DNA of 32,000 nt from Pseudidiomarina andamanensis (GCF_009734345.1 NZ_CP032551.1:690001-722000); one strand, 5' to 3'. Counted from the first letter of the stretch, positions 8,832 to 18,211 are shown. Program-made: numbers and translations. Notes: generated by a model from the letters alone, not told the origin.

Positions 8832-9350
8832 TCAATTTGGTTCAGACAAGCGTGAGCGTCGATAATCTTGTAACAATTTAAGAACGATACTGGTTAAATT
8901 GACGATGTTAAACACCGTGCCTGAAACGCTGCCCACCATAATCGCATAGGCTAACCCTAAGATTTCAGCTAACAAAAACCATTGCCGAATGCGATGCGGA
9001 TCATTGAGGACAATGGAACCTACCGTGAAAATAATTGATGATGTATACGCAACCAATAACGGTATTAACGGCGCATTGGTTGTGAGCTCCCACCCTAAAA
9101 ATGCAAAATTGACGAGTACAAAACCCCACAGCACCAATGACCCACGCCAACGTAACGCAATTATATTTCGTACCACCGCAATAGCGGTGACAACGCAACC
9201 GGCCATAGCGCCCAGCATAAAGAAATGCAGCGACAGCGCACCAAGAGCGCAGGCACTAACAATACGATAGCGATTTGCCGTACTTTGGCGGTAGGCAATG
9301 AAGTTCGCGATGAGCGCAAATAAACCAAATAATTCAGCAATGGAAATCAC
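8832..9350 (-). CDS. YgjV-family inner membrane protein
   Basis: 172-aa polytopic membrane ORF with a GTG start. The N-terminal pattern (...ANFIAYRQSTANRYRIVSACALGALSLHFFMLGA...) resembles E. coli YgjV-type proteins. Confidence 0.65.
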   Translation of the reverse strand: MISIAELFGLFALIANFIAYRQSTANRYRIVSACALGALSLHFFMLGAMAGCVVTAIAVVRNIIALRWRGSLVLWGFVLVNFAFLGWELTTNAPLIPLLVAYTSSIIFTVGSIVLNDPHRIRQWFLLAEILGLAYAIMVGSVSGTVFNIVNLTSIVLKLLQDYRRSRLSEPN

Positions 9351-9360
9351 AAATCACCAT

Positions 9361-9401
9361 AAAAAAACGGTAATGAGAACGCCGCTCGTCTCATTACCGT
9401 T
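9361..9401 (-). terminator. Rho-independent terminator downstream of the M28 peptidase gene
   Basis: Perfect 13-bp stem AACGGTAATGAGA / TCTCATTACCGTT (9366-9378 and 9389-9401) with a 10-nt loop. On the minus strand it is followed by a 7-T run (A-run 9361-9367 on plus). Confidence 0.88.
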
Positions 9402-9416
9402 CATATCTAACTACAA

Positions 9417-11084
9417 TTATTGACGTTCGCTAGCACTAGCGTCGCGAATACCACGGAACTCATTACCTGGGTACCAGTTTGGCCAATCATCGCTATTTGC
9501 TAGCTCATGTCCAACCCAGTAGTACAGCCACAAATCTTGCTGTACACCGCGCAGATCCCACTCAGGATCAAATTCATCTGCAGGTTTGTGATACGCAATC
9601 TGGACGTATTCAGCACGTTTCTGTTTACCGTACTCTTCACCAAACTCAACGTGATCGTTACCGCCTTTCGCATACAACATCGGTACACCACGCTTCGCTA
9701 AATTGAAGTGATCTGAGCGGTAGAATGAACCGGCTTCTGGCGTCGGCTCTGGCGCGATATAGCGATCTTGTTGTTCAACGTATTTCGCTAAGTACTCTTC
9801 CATTTCTGAGTTACCATGCCCCACTACAACCATGTCGCGCATTGGACCATATACATTAAGTACGTCCATATTAATGCCGCCGACGGCTTTACTCAGTGGC
9901 AACATAGGATGTTCCGCATACCAATCAGATCCTAACAAACCACGTTCTTCAGCGGTGACTAATACAAATACCACAGAGCGCTCTGGTTGCGGCTGGCTCG
10001 CGAAAAATTCAGCCAATGCCATCACCCCAGCAGTTCCACTCGCATTGTCTTGCGCGCCGTTATAGATACCGTCATCAGGATTAATTGGGTCAACGCCCAT
10101 ATGATCCCAATGGGCCATATAAATCACGTGTTCTTCTGGCTTTGATTTACCCTCAATGTAGCCAATTAAGTTTGGCGAATTGAGATAATCAAACTTTGTC
10201 GCAACACTAATCGACATACCAGTGTTTAAGTCGACCGGTTTAAAATCTGGTTGTTGCGCCGCTTTACGCATTTCTTCATAGCTACTGCCGAGGCGAGCAA
10301 ATAAGGTATCGGCACTTTCTTGCGTCATCCAACCTTCAATAGCAACACGATCCATATTTTTATTCTCGCGAGCTAAATCAAAACGCATTGGTGAGCCACC
10401 TGCAACAACACCCCAACCATAACCTGCAGGACCTGTTTCGTGAATGACAATAGCGCCAGCAGCACCCTGACGTGCAGCTTCTTCAAATTTGTATGTCCAA
10501 CGGCCATAATATGTCATCGCATTGCCATTGAATACTTCAGGATCCTTGGTGTCGTAACCTGGATCATTGACCAACATGACAACTGTCTTGCCTTCAACGT
10601 TCAGGCCTTCATAATCGTTCCAACCAAATTCTGGAGCGACAATACCGTAGCCGACGAACACCATTTCGCTGTCAGTTAGTTCGATACTTTCTTGTACACG
10701 TGGGCTCCAAGCCATCATTTCGGTGCGATACTCGAAGGGTTCAAGATCATCTGCAGTAAAGCTCATTTCAGACACTTGAGTTGGTAGCATGCGCACCAAT
10801 GGCACTTGTTGTTGATAAGTATTATTTTCCGCGTCATAAGGCTTTAAACCCCACTCGCGAAACTTGCTTTCAACAAATGCAACCGTCTTCTTTTCCCCTT
10901 CAGAGGCTGGGGCACGCCCTTCAAACTCATCCGAGCTTAAGGTTTGTAAATAGCTGCTGTAATTTTCATTAAAGCTATATGGATCCACACTCGCATGTGG
11001 TTGCTCTGCTGTACTAACCTGCTCGGCTGGACTACATGCAGCAAGCACAAGTCCGGCGGCAGCAAGTACCGAAAGGTGTTTCAT
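9417..11084 (-). CDS. M28-family peptidase lipoprotein with a PA (protease-associated) domain insert
   Basis: 555-aa ORF. Lipobox VLAACS. M28 motifs (MAHWDHMG, GAQDNASGTAGV, TAEERGLLGS, SDHFNLAKRGVP). Confidence 0.88.
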   Translation of the reverse strand: MKHLSVLAAAGLVLAACSPAEQVSTAEQPHASVDPYSFNENYSSYLQTLSSDEFEGRAPASEGEKKTVAFVESKFREWGLKPYDAENNTYQQQVPLVRMLPTQVSEMSFTADDLEPFEYRTEMMAWSPRVQESIELTDSEMVFVGYGIVAPEFGWNDYEGLNVEGKTVVMLVNDPGYDTKDPEVFNGNAMTYYGRWTYKFEEAARQGAAGAIVIHETGPAGYGWGVVAGGSPMRFDLARENKNMDRVAIEGWMTQESADTLFARLGSSYEEMRKAAQQPDFKPVDLNTGMSISVATKFDYLNSPNLIGYIEGKSKPEEHVIYMAHWDHMGVDPINPDDGIYNGAQDNASGTAGVMALAEFFASQPQPERSVVFVLVTAEERGLLGSDWYAEHPMLPLSKAVGGINMDVLNVYGPMRDMVVVGHGNSEMEEYLAKYVEQQDRYIAPEPTPEAGSFYRSDHFNLAKRGVPMLYAKGGNDHVEFGEEYGKQKRAEYVQIAYHKPADEFDPEWDLRGVQQDLWLYYWVGHELANSDDWPNWYPGNEFRGIRDASASERQ

Positions 11085-11097
11085 GGTGTTGTTCTCC

Positions 11098-11535
11098 TTA
11101 TTGACACTGCTTAAATTTGCGCCCTAAACCAATGTTAAAGCGTTCAAAATAACCTTTATTTAATTCTATCGCCCCGTAGTATGGTACGCCTGGTCGATAT
11201 GCCGGGCAACGGTTTGGATCAATACTTGGGCACGGTTCCATGGTAATAATTGAGACTATTTTCATCTCGTTATCTAAGTAAGCAATATCCAATGGAATAA
11301 GTGTGTTGTACATCCAAAAACCCGCATTAGCTGGGCGCTCTGAGGTGTATTGGAACCACATGCCTGCATGCTCTGCGAGCGATTCACGCGCCATCAATCC
11401 ACGAGCACGACTCTCAAATGTATCGGCAATTTCAAGTTGTAAACGGTGTGGATGTTCATCAATACATAACTCAACCGTTTCTGCTGCAAAACCTGTTAAC
11501 GGTAATAACAACGCACCTATCATTAAAGCTTTCAT
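11098..11535 (-). CDS. DUF192-like (COG1430-type) secreted protein
   Basis: The track ORF extends to 11616, but that extension runs through the upstream terminator. ATG 11535 gives MKALMIGALLLPLTGFAAE (a signal peptide). The body (...RARGLMARESL...GMWF...FWMYNTLIPLDIAYLD...) matches my recall of DUF192. It lies 13 nt upstream of the M28 gene. Confidence 0.7.
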   Translation of the reverse strand: MKALMIGALLLPLTGFAAETVELCIDEHPHRLQLEIADTFESRARGLMARESLAEHAGMWFQYTSERPANAGFWMYNTLIPLDIAYLDNEMKIVSIITMEPCPSIDPNRCPAYRPGVPYYGAIELNKGYFERFNIGLGRKFKQCQ

Positions 11536-11599
11536 ACACAACCTTACGCTCGGTTTAAACTTGCCTTTAGTATCGCTTGAATAGCTGCAGAAAAAAAGG

Positions 11600-11627
11600 C
11601 AAAAAAAAGCCTCCAATAAAGGAGGCT
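11600..11627 (-). terminator. Rho-independent terminator downstream of the DUF4382 gene
   Basis: 7-bp GC-rich stem AGCCTCC / GGAGGCT (11608-11614 and 11621-11627) with a 6-nt loop. The minus-strand transcript continues TTTTTTTTGCCTTTTTTT. Confidence 0.8.
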
Positions 11628-11657
11628 CAACGGGAGAGATTAAAAGCTCAATCTCAA

Positions 11658-12623
11658 TTACTCAATGGTAACGGTCGTGACAGTTTCACCCGCTTCCACA
11701 GTAACGTTTTGAGCGCTAACGAACACTAAATCATCATCAGTTTCTGGGTCATCAGTGGTGTTACAAGTCCAAGCAGCAGTGTAATCACCAGCGGCAACAT
11801 AACCTAGCTCGAAGTTGTACGCAGCAGCGCCATCAAAAAGAACAGGTGTCGCGGCATAAGCTTCAGCTTCTTCAGTACCACCAAAATCGGCCATAGTCTC
11901 AAGCGTTACATCAGCACCTGGATACAAATAAACCACTGCAACTGGTTCGCTGGTATCGGTTGGTGCTACGGTACATTGATTCTCAATCAATAACGCTTCC
12001 GCTAAGGTGCCTTCAATGTGACCTACTTCCATATTATCAACTAAACGCACACCGCGTGGTTTCAGGAAGTAGCCAGTTTGACCCACTGGATTCACTAGCG
12101 CCTGACGTAAATCGAATTCAACAGTGTACGCAACGTTGCCACCAGCATCTAAAGTAAAGCTATCGAACTTCAATTCATTCGATGGTACTGACAATGGAAT
12201 GCGCTCTTCACCGACAAGAACATATGAGCCTTCGGCCATTTCTAAACGCAATTGACCATAGTTACCTGCTGGTACTTCAACGCCAGAGAGTAAATCTTCT
12301 GACTCTGAACCAGTAAACTCTAACAAGTTAATGCCGCGAGTATTCGGGATAACATTGCCGTCAGCATCTAAACAAGCATCATTGGCTTCGATGGTGTTGC
12401 TGTCTTCGCCAATCGTAAAGGTCTGGTTACCCTCGGCATTTCCAATTAATTCAACGCTGTGAAAACACGCCCAAACCTCATCTGCTGCATCCACTGGCGC
12501 ATCACTTACACCCAGACTAAACATGGCAGTGTTCGAATCATTTGAATCAGAACCACATGCAGTAAGTAAGGTAGAAGCCGCAATCACGGCAGCCAACGTC
12601 GTTAATTTACGATCCATTAACAT
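11658..12623 (-). CDS. DUF4382-like acidic lipoprotein
   Basis: 321-aa ORF with SD AGAGG. Lipobox LLTACG. SLGVSDAPVD...LPAGNYGQLRL...VPSNELKF pattern as recalled for DUF4382. Four Cys. Strongly acidic. Confidence 0.7.
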   Translation of the reverse strand: MLMDRKLTTLAAVIAASTLLTACGSDSNDSNTAMFSLGVSDAPVDAADEVWACFHSVELIGNAEGNQTFTIGEDSNTIEANDACLDADGNVIPNTRGINLLEFTGSESEDLLSGVEVPAGNYGQLRLEMAEGSYVLVGEERIPLSVPSNELKFDSFTLDAGGNVAYTVEFDLRQALVNPVGQTGYFLKPRGVRLVDNMEVGHIEGTLAEALLIENQCTVAPTDTSEPVAVVYLYPGADVTLETMADFGGTEEAEAYAATPVLFDGAAAYNFELGYVAAGDYTAAWTCNTTDDPETDDDLVFVSAQNVTVEAGETVTTVTIE

Positions 12624-12823
12624 AAAACACCTCTTGTGTTATGAAAGTTGCCGTAGTTATAGCAAAGGAAACTCGCGATAACTATCTATTTACCCGCCTT
12701 TTACGTTGCTGAAATTAAGTGAATATTTCAAACTCAGAACACTATTTCACGACGTGGAAGCATTGATTGTGGGCGAATTAGCGCTTAAAGTAGCCCAAAT
12801 TATGACAACAACATGAAGCTAAC

Positions 12824-13753
12824 ATGAGCCAGCAACACGTTCAAATCACTCCCATTGCCCCTGCCCCGCATGCCATTGCACAGCTGCAGTGTGTTACTGC
12901 GATTGGCGGTGGTCATGGGCTTGGGCGTGTGCTCTCAACGTTATCGTTTTTAGAGCGCCGATTGATCGGTATTGTCGCTACAACCGATGATGGCGGCGCC
13001 AGCGGCTTATTACGACGCCACCACGAATGTATCGCCTGGGGTGACATTCGTAACTGCTTGTCACAACTCGCCCAACATCCTCTTGCTGCCGATGTATTAA
13101 ACTACCGATTTAGCTCAGATCACGAATTGAATGGCCATAATTTAGGGAATCTCATTCTCTATACACTTGATCAAATCAGTGCACGTCCGCTTGATGGCAT
13201 TCAACTATTAAGCCGATTGTTGAACATCAATACACGTTTATTACCGATGTCTGAAATGCCGGTCGATTTGGTGGCATCAACGTACGACGGGCTTGAATGC
13301 TTTGGTGAATTACATGTGGACGGTTTATTACATATGCCGAAAAAGCTCGGTTTATCGCATCCTGTAACGCCAACCCCTGAAGCGCTTGCTCAAATTCGCC
13401 GCAGTGAATTAATTATTTTAGGACCCGGGAGTTTTCTTACTTCTGTCATGCCACCGTTGCTGGTGGATGAATTTGCGCAAACCATCGCAGATAGCAAAGC
13501 ACCAGTCATATTTATTGATAATCTAGCAGCCGAACATAGCCCTGCGGGAGAGCTATTATTAAGCGAAAGGTTACAATGGATGACCGATCAACTTGGAATG
13601 AACCTTGTTGACGCAGTTATCACCAATAACCCAGACAGTCAGTTGCGCGTGCCGGTTTTTAATCACGTCAGTGCCGCGCAAGAGGCTCCGCAGCGCCACG
13701 AACCAAGTTCACTTTTAGCGGCATTAAATGCCGCAGTCACTCACTTTTGTTGA
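12824..13753 (+). CDS. YbhK/YvcK family protein (CofD-like, UPF0052)
   Basis: 309-aa ORF. AIGGGHGLGRVLSTL...GIVATTDDGGASG...IAWGDIRNCLSQL...GHNLGNL...ILGPGSFLTSVMPPLL closely parallels E. coli YbhK as I recall it. Confidence 0.85.
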   Translation: MSQQHVQITPIAPAPHAIAQLQCVTAIGGGHGLGRVLSTLSFLERRLIGIVATTDDGGASGLLRRHHECIAWGDIRNCLSQLAQHPLAADVLNYRFSSDHELNGHNLGNLILYTLDQISARPLDGIQLLSRLLNINTRLLPMSEMPVDLVASTYDGLECFGELHVDGLLHMPKKLGLSHPVTPTPEALAQIRRSELIILGPGSFLTSVMPPLLVDEFAQTIADSKAPVIFIDNLAAEHSPAGELLLSERLQWMTDQLGMNLVDAVITNNPDSQLRVPVFNHVSAAQEAPQRHEPSSLLAALNAAVTHFC

Positions 13754-13762
13754 GGAATAACC

Positions 13763-16420
13763 ATGCGTTTTAAGAAACTATTAGCGGTATCTTGCGTTGC
13801 CGCTGCTTTGCAGTTGACGACAACCGTTAACGCGCAAGAGCTAGGTCTTGATGTGAATTATGATCCAGCCGTGCCAACACTCGACGAATTACTTGGCTAT
13901 CCAGCCGGTTCTCGTATTAGCAGTCCGGATGCTATTCAACATTACTTTGAACAAATCGCTGAAAAATATCCAAGCCAAGTTAAGTTAATTAATTACGGTA
14001 AAACGTGGGAAGGCCGCGATTTATTCTTTGTGGTACTTTCAAGTGCTCAAAACATGCAAGGCTTTGAGCAATACCAACAAGGTATTCAAAAACTCAGTAA
14101 TGCCGATAAAACTAGCGCATCAGAAGCTCAGCGATTGATTAAATCACTGCCTGCGAGTGTTTGGCTTTCGTATGGCGTGCACGGCAACGAGATTTCTTCG
14201 CCTGAAGCGGCCATGTTGACGGCATATCATTTGCTTGCTGCTACTGACGCCAAAACCAAAAGCTATTTAGATAATACCTTGGTATTTATTGACCCAATGC
14301 AGAACCCTGATGGTCGCGCACGTTTCGTATCACGCTACTACATGACCACAGGTATTCAACATAGTGCCGATCGAAATTCGGCCGAGCATAATGAGCCTTG
14401 GCCAAGCGGCCGTTCAAACCATTACCTATTTGACTTAAACCGCGACTGGTTAGCATTAACACAGCCGGAAATTGCTGGTCAGGTGGATGCCCTACTCGAA
14501 AACATGCCGTTGGTATTTGTTGATTTACACGAAATGGGCGGTGATACCAGCTATTACTTCACGCCTGAAGCCGACCCATATAATCCACTGATCACCCCAA
14601 AACAGCGTGAAACGCTCTGGGCCATTGGTGAAAACAATGGTCGTTGGTTCGATGAACGCGGCTATGATTACTTCACTCGTGAAATTTTTGACGCCTTTTA
14701 TCCGGGCTACGGTGCGAGTTGGCCTCTCTATCACGGTTCAATTTCCATGACCTATGAGATGGCATCGGCGCGCGGTCATGTTTTCCGTACCAAAGATGGA
14801 GAGATTCTTACTTATGGTGACGGTGTACAACGTCATTTCGTTGCTTCGATGTCGACTATCGAGAGTGTTTCTCAACAGCGCGAAAAACTTCTTGCGAATT
14901 TCTGGAACTATCGCAAACAAGGCATCGAAATTGGCGAAGACAGTAAACAACGTACTTATTTGTTCTCTGGCAAAGACGATGCTGCCGCGGCGCAAAAATT
15001 AGCTGGCATATTAACCCGTCACGGTGTTGAAGTGCGCCAAGCACAAGAGAGTTTTAGTGTATGTGGCGTTGACTATCCTGCAGGTAGTTTCTGGGTCGAT
15101 TCGGCGCAGCCGGCGCATTACATGGTACGTACAATGCTTGATAAGAGCATTGCAATGGATGATGACTTTTTAGAAGAACAAGAACGTCGTCGTGCCAATA
15201 ACTTACCTGATGAAATCTACGACGTTACCGCTTGGTCGCTGCCATTGATGTTCAATGTGGATTATCAAACCTGTAACCGTGTACCTAATGCGGATAGCCA
15301 AGTTGCATCACGCGACTTGATCAAGCCGGGCAAAGTCGTCAATAAAGACGCAAAAGTTGCGTTTATTGTGCCTTGGGGCGACATGAATGCTGGCCGCTTC
15401 CTCACCACCGCAGTTCAAGCTGGCTATACGGTTAAGCGTGCGGATATGGCATTTAAGCATAAAAACGGTACCACCTACCCGGCTGGTAGCTTGATTTTAA
15501 CGACCGCAGAGAACCCAGATATTCATGCAGCCGTAGAACCACTTGCAAAAGCCACAGGCGCTACAGTCTATGGTGTTGACAGCAGCTGGGTCACTGAAGG
15601 TCCAAGTTTTGGCTCAAACAATACCAAACGTGTTCACGCGCCGAATATTTTGATGTTGTGGGACGAACCGGTATCGAGCCTCAATGCTGGTCACACGCGT
15701 TTCGTCATTGAGCAGCAGTTTGGTTATCCGGTAACAGCAATGCGTGCACAAAACATGGCGCGTGCAGATTTGTCTCACTATCAAGTGCTGATTGTACCGG
15801 CCGTATACGGTGATCTCGCCAACAGTTTGGGCGATGCGGGCAAAGCGAACTTAACCAATTGGGTTGAGCGTGGTGGTGTATTGATTACTCTAGGTAATTC
15901 AACGCAATGGGCGGTTGATTCAGAATTACTTAGCAGTGCTCTTGAACGGGTGATCACCGAAGACCCGACAGGTCATGGCAAGGAAAAGCGCGTTGACGGT
16001 ATGGTGTTTGAATCAAAAGCACAATTGATGCATTACATCACGCCTGATTCAGCCGATCCTTATTGGACTTCGGGTGTTCTGACTAATCTTGACGTTGATA
16101 AAGAGCACTGGCTAAGCGCTGGCGTGAAACCAAACTTAATCGGCATTACGGTTGGCAACCAAATCTATCGTCCGTTGAGTATAGAGCATGGCCGTAACAT
16201 TGTTAGCTATTCAGAAGATGTATTAGCCAGCGGTTATTTGTGGGCGGAGAATCAAAAGCAATTGCAATATAAGCCGTATTTGATGTGGCAACCACGTCAG
16301 AAAGGTATGGTCATTAGCTTCACTCAAGAACCTACTTATCGTGCTTATCTTGACGGCTTGAATGTGTTGTTATTGAACGCGATTTTCGGCGGTGCCGCAC
16401 ATGCGACACCACTACGTTAA
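13763..16420 (+). CDS. Secreted M14-family zinc carboxypeptidase with a large C-terminal extension
   Basis: 885-aa ORF. SD GAGGA overlaps the upstream stop, with a 9-nt gap. Signal peptide ending VNAQE. M14 motifs HGNEISS (HxxE), NPDGR, NRDW and DLHEMG. Confidence 0.88.
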   Translation: MRFKKLLAVSCVAAALQLTTTVNAQELGLDVNYDPAVPTLDELLGYPAGSRISSPDAIQHYFEQIAEKYPSQVKLINYGKTWEGRDLFFVVLSSAQNMQGFEQYQQGIQKLSNADKTSASEAQRLIKSLPASVWLSYGVHGNEISSPEAAMLTAYHLLAATDAKTKSYLDNTLVFIDPMQNPDGRARFVSRYYMTTGIQHSADRNSAEHNEPWPSGRSNHYLFDLNRDWLALTQPEIAGQVDALLENMPLVFVDLHEMGGDTSYYFTPEADPYNPLITPKQRETLWAIGENNGRWFDERGYDYFTREIFDAFYPGYGASWPLYHGSISMTYEMASARGHVFRTKDGEILTYGDGVQRHFVASMSTIESVSQQREKLLANFWNYRKQGIEIGEDSKQRTYLFSGKDDAAAAQKLAGILTRHGVEVRQAQESFSVCGVDYPAGSFWVDSAQPAHYMVRTMLDKSIAMDDDFLEEQERRRANNLPDEIYDVTAWSLPLMFNVDYQTCNRVPNADSQVASRDLIKPGKVVNKDAKVAFIVPWGDMNAGRFLTTAVQAGYTVKRADMAFKHKNGTTYPAGSLILTTAENPDIHAAVEPLAKATGATVYGVDSSWVTEGPSFGSNNTKRVHAPNILMLWDEPVSSLNAGHTRFVIEQQFGYPVTAMRAQNMARADLSHYQVLIVPAVYGDLANSLGDAGKANLTNWVERGGVLITLGNSTQWAVDSELLSSALERVITEDPTGHGKEKRVDGMVFESKAQLMHYITPDSADPYWTSGVLTNLDVDKEHWLSAGVKPNLIGITVGNQIYRPLSIEHGRNIVSYSEDVLASGYLWAENQKQLQYKPYLMWQPRQKGMVISFTQEPTYRAYLDGLNVLLLNAIFGGAAHATPLR

Positions 16421-17011
16421 TTAAGCGTTTTTGTCGGCGCCAATGCGAGAAGCAACGGCGCCGCGTTGATCTTTATATTTTGCGTCTTTACGACTACTGT
16501 AAGGGCGCAAACAATCTTCCTCGAGTAATTCAAAACTTAACGCACCAATTTTCATCAATGGTCGAAGTGCCAACGGTAATTTCCCACTGTTAAAGAATTC
16601 GAGTACTACCTGCCCTGACCAACCTGGGTCAATTCGATGTGCAGTCACATGCACCATTAGGCCCAATCGAGCTAACGATGAACGGCCATCTAGCCACCCC
16701 ACCATATTCGCTGGCAACGTCACCGATTCGTGCGTTACCGCTAAAGCAAATTCACCGGGATGAATGAAAAACGCTTGGTCTGGGGTTAATACAATCGCTT
16801 CGCTCATGACTGATTTGATGGCACGGTCTATTTCATCGCGGGGTCCGCTGATGTCAATAAATGGTGCGGCATGGTCTTGTAACACTCGAAACTCATTACC
16901 TAAATGAATATCAACCGTCACGCCGCTGATATCTTCCGGCACCGGACGCGGATCAAGCACAATGCGACCATCATCGAGATATTGCTCTATTTGTCCATCA
17001 GTTAAACGCAT
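16421..17011 (-). CDS. dcd: dCTP deaminase
   Basis: Starting at ATG 17011 gives [23 protein letters not shown], matching the E. coli Dcd N-terminus (MRLCDRDIEAWLDEGRL...), and a 196-aa product. The longer track ORF (to 17095) would overlap apbC. Confidence 0.93.
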   Translation of the reverse strand: MRLTDGQIEQYLDDGRIVLDPRPVPEDISGVTVDIHLGNEFRVLQDHAAPFIDISGPRDEIDRAIKSVMSEAIVLTPDQAFFIHPGEFALAVTHESVTLPANMVGWLDGRSSLARLGLMVHVTAHRIDPGWSGQVVLEFFNSGKLPLALRPLMKIGALSFELLEEDCLRPYSSRKDAKYKDQRGAVASRIGADKNA

Positions 17012-17045
17012 GCGTAGAAAATCCTCATTATTATTATATTTGACC

Positions 17046-18095
17046 TTATTTGGTCTGGGCTTGGTAATAAAGTTCTGCCGCCAGCTTCGAGGCACTTTCT
17101 TTCATCATCAAGCTAAGTTGGTGTTCGGGGTGTTCTGCCAATAATGGTTTTCCGTCATCCAAACCTGAGCGAATACGAGCATCAAGCGGCCATTGGCCTA
17201 GTAACGGAACTTGCTCACGATGTGCGACTTTAGCGCCACCTTCAGTTCCAAAGATAGCATCGCGATGACCGCATTGGCTACATTGGTAATAGCTCATATT
17301 TTCAATTAAACCGGTAATTGGCACACCCACCTTACGAAACATCGTAATGCCCTTCTCGGCATCGGCTAGCGCAACCGTTTGTGGTGTCGTCACAATCACC
17401 GCACCGGTGATTGGTAATTTTTGCGCAAACGTCAGCTGAATATCACCGGTGCCCGGCGGCATATCTACGATCAAATAATCCAACCGCGGCCATTTAGTAT
17501 CGCGAAATAGTTGTTGTAACGCAGCGCTAGCCATCGGGCCACGCCAAATTGCAGCATCTTTGGTATCGGTTAAATAGCCAAGCGAACTGACCCAAATTCC
17601 GTGTCGTTGATGCGGAATCATTTTTTGCTGCGCATTAATCTCAAGCTTTTCTTCTTGGCCACCAAGCATGGTTGGTAGTGATGGGCCATATACGTCCGCA
17701 TCTAACATGCCGACATTTGCACCAAGTTGCTGCAATGCCAGCGCCAATTGAACACTGACAGATGATTTACCGACACCGCCTTTGCCCGACGATACAACAA
17801 TAACGTTGCCAAAAGTCATTGGTAATTCTGGTTGTGAATTTGGTAACTTGGCGATGTTTAACCGCAATACCCAGTTCAATTTTCCTAACTCAGGATGCTG
17901 TCGAAGCGGCTCTAGGATTTGCTCATTCGCAGCAAACGGCACCGTTAACACGGCTTCTTGCCCGTTTATCGTCACCCAATCTTCAGGAATGGTACTCGTG
18001 CAATAAGGAAGTTTAATTTCTGCAAGCGCGTGGCTAAGTTGCGGTTGGGATGATGCGGATTTATCACTCTTGGATTTTTTAAAACGACCAAACAT
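17046..18095 (-). CDS. apbC: Fe-S cluster carrier ATPase ApbC/Mrp (NBP35 family)
   Basis: 349-aa ORF. Deviant Walker [11 protein letters not shown] and a CxxC motif (YYQCSQCGH). Divergent from metG, as in E. coli. Confidence 0.92.
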   Translation of the reverse strand: MFGRFKKSKSDKSASSQPQLSHALAEIKLPYCTSTIPEDWVTINGQEAVLTVPFAANEQILEPLRQHPELGKLNWVLRLNIAKLPNSQPELPMTFGNVIVVSSGKGGVGKSSVSVQLALALQQLGANVGMLDADVYGPSLPTMLGGQEEKLEINAQQKMIPHQRHGIWVSSLGYLTDTKDAAIWRGPMASAALQQLFRDTKWPRLDYLIVDMPPGTGDIQLTFAQKLPITGAVIVTTPQTVALADAEKGITMFRKVGVPITGLIENMSYYQCSQCGHRDAIFGTEGGAKVAHREQVPLLGQWPLDARIRSGLDDGKPLLAEHPEHQLSLMMKESASKLAAELYYQAQTK

Positions 18096-18211
18096 TTAGT
18101 TCTCCCACAACTGGCATGAACCCGCATGATACGGTGAGTTCGGCTGGATTGCCAGCGCTGATTCAGGTACACTTCTAGCCTTTCAGTAACGCAGAATTAA
18201 TGGAAACATTC

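Noticed and set aside
12624-12823. The 200-bp divergent intergenic region considered as a possible sRNA or riboswitch locus.
   Set aside because: It holds only weak imperfect inverted repeats (TAGTTAT-N17-ATAACTA). There is no promoter plus terminator pair and no recognisable riboswitch core. It is most simply two divergent promoters.
16340-16420. The M14 peptidase C-terminus (...LLLNAIFGGAAHATPLR) as a possible GlyGly-CTERM rhombosortase tag.
   Set aside because: The Gly-Gly is followed by only 9 mostly polar residues. There is no TM helix or basic cluster after it, so it does not fit the tag architecture.
17012-17095. N-terminal extension of the dcd ORF. Analogous extensions occur for ggt (24070-24132), DUF192 (11536-11616), cmk (30307-30336), lapA (27402-27437), the rhomboid (24103-24180), metG (18200-18211), hinT (21471-21479), ihfB (27763-27765) and the efflux adaptor (3550-3585).
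   Set aside because: Downstream starts have better SD spacing and reproduce the N-termini or lengths of well-known orthologues or proper signal peptides. Some extensions would overlap neighbouring genes or run through a terminator.
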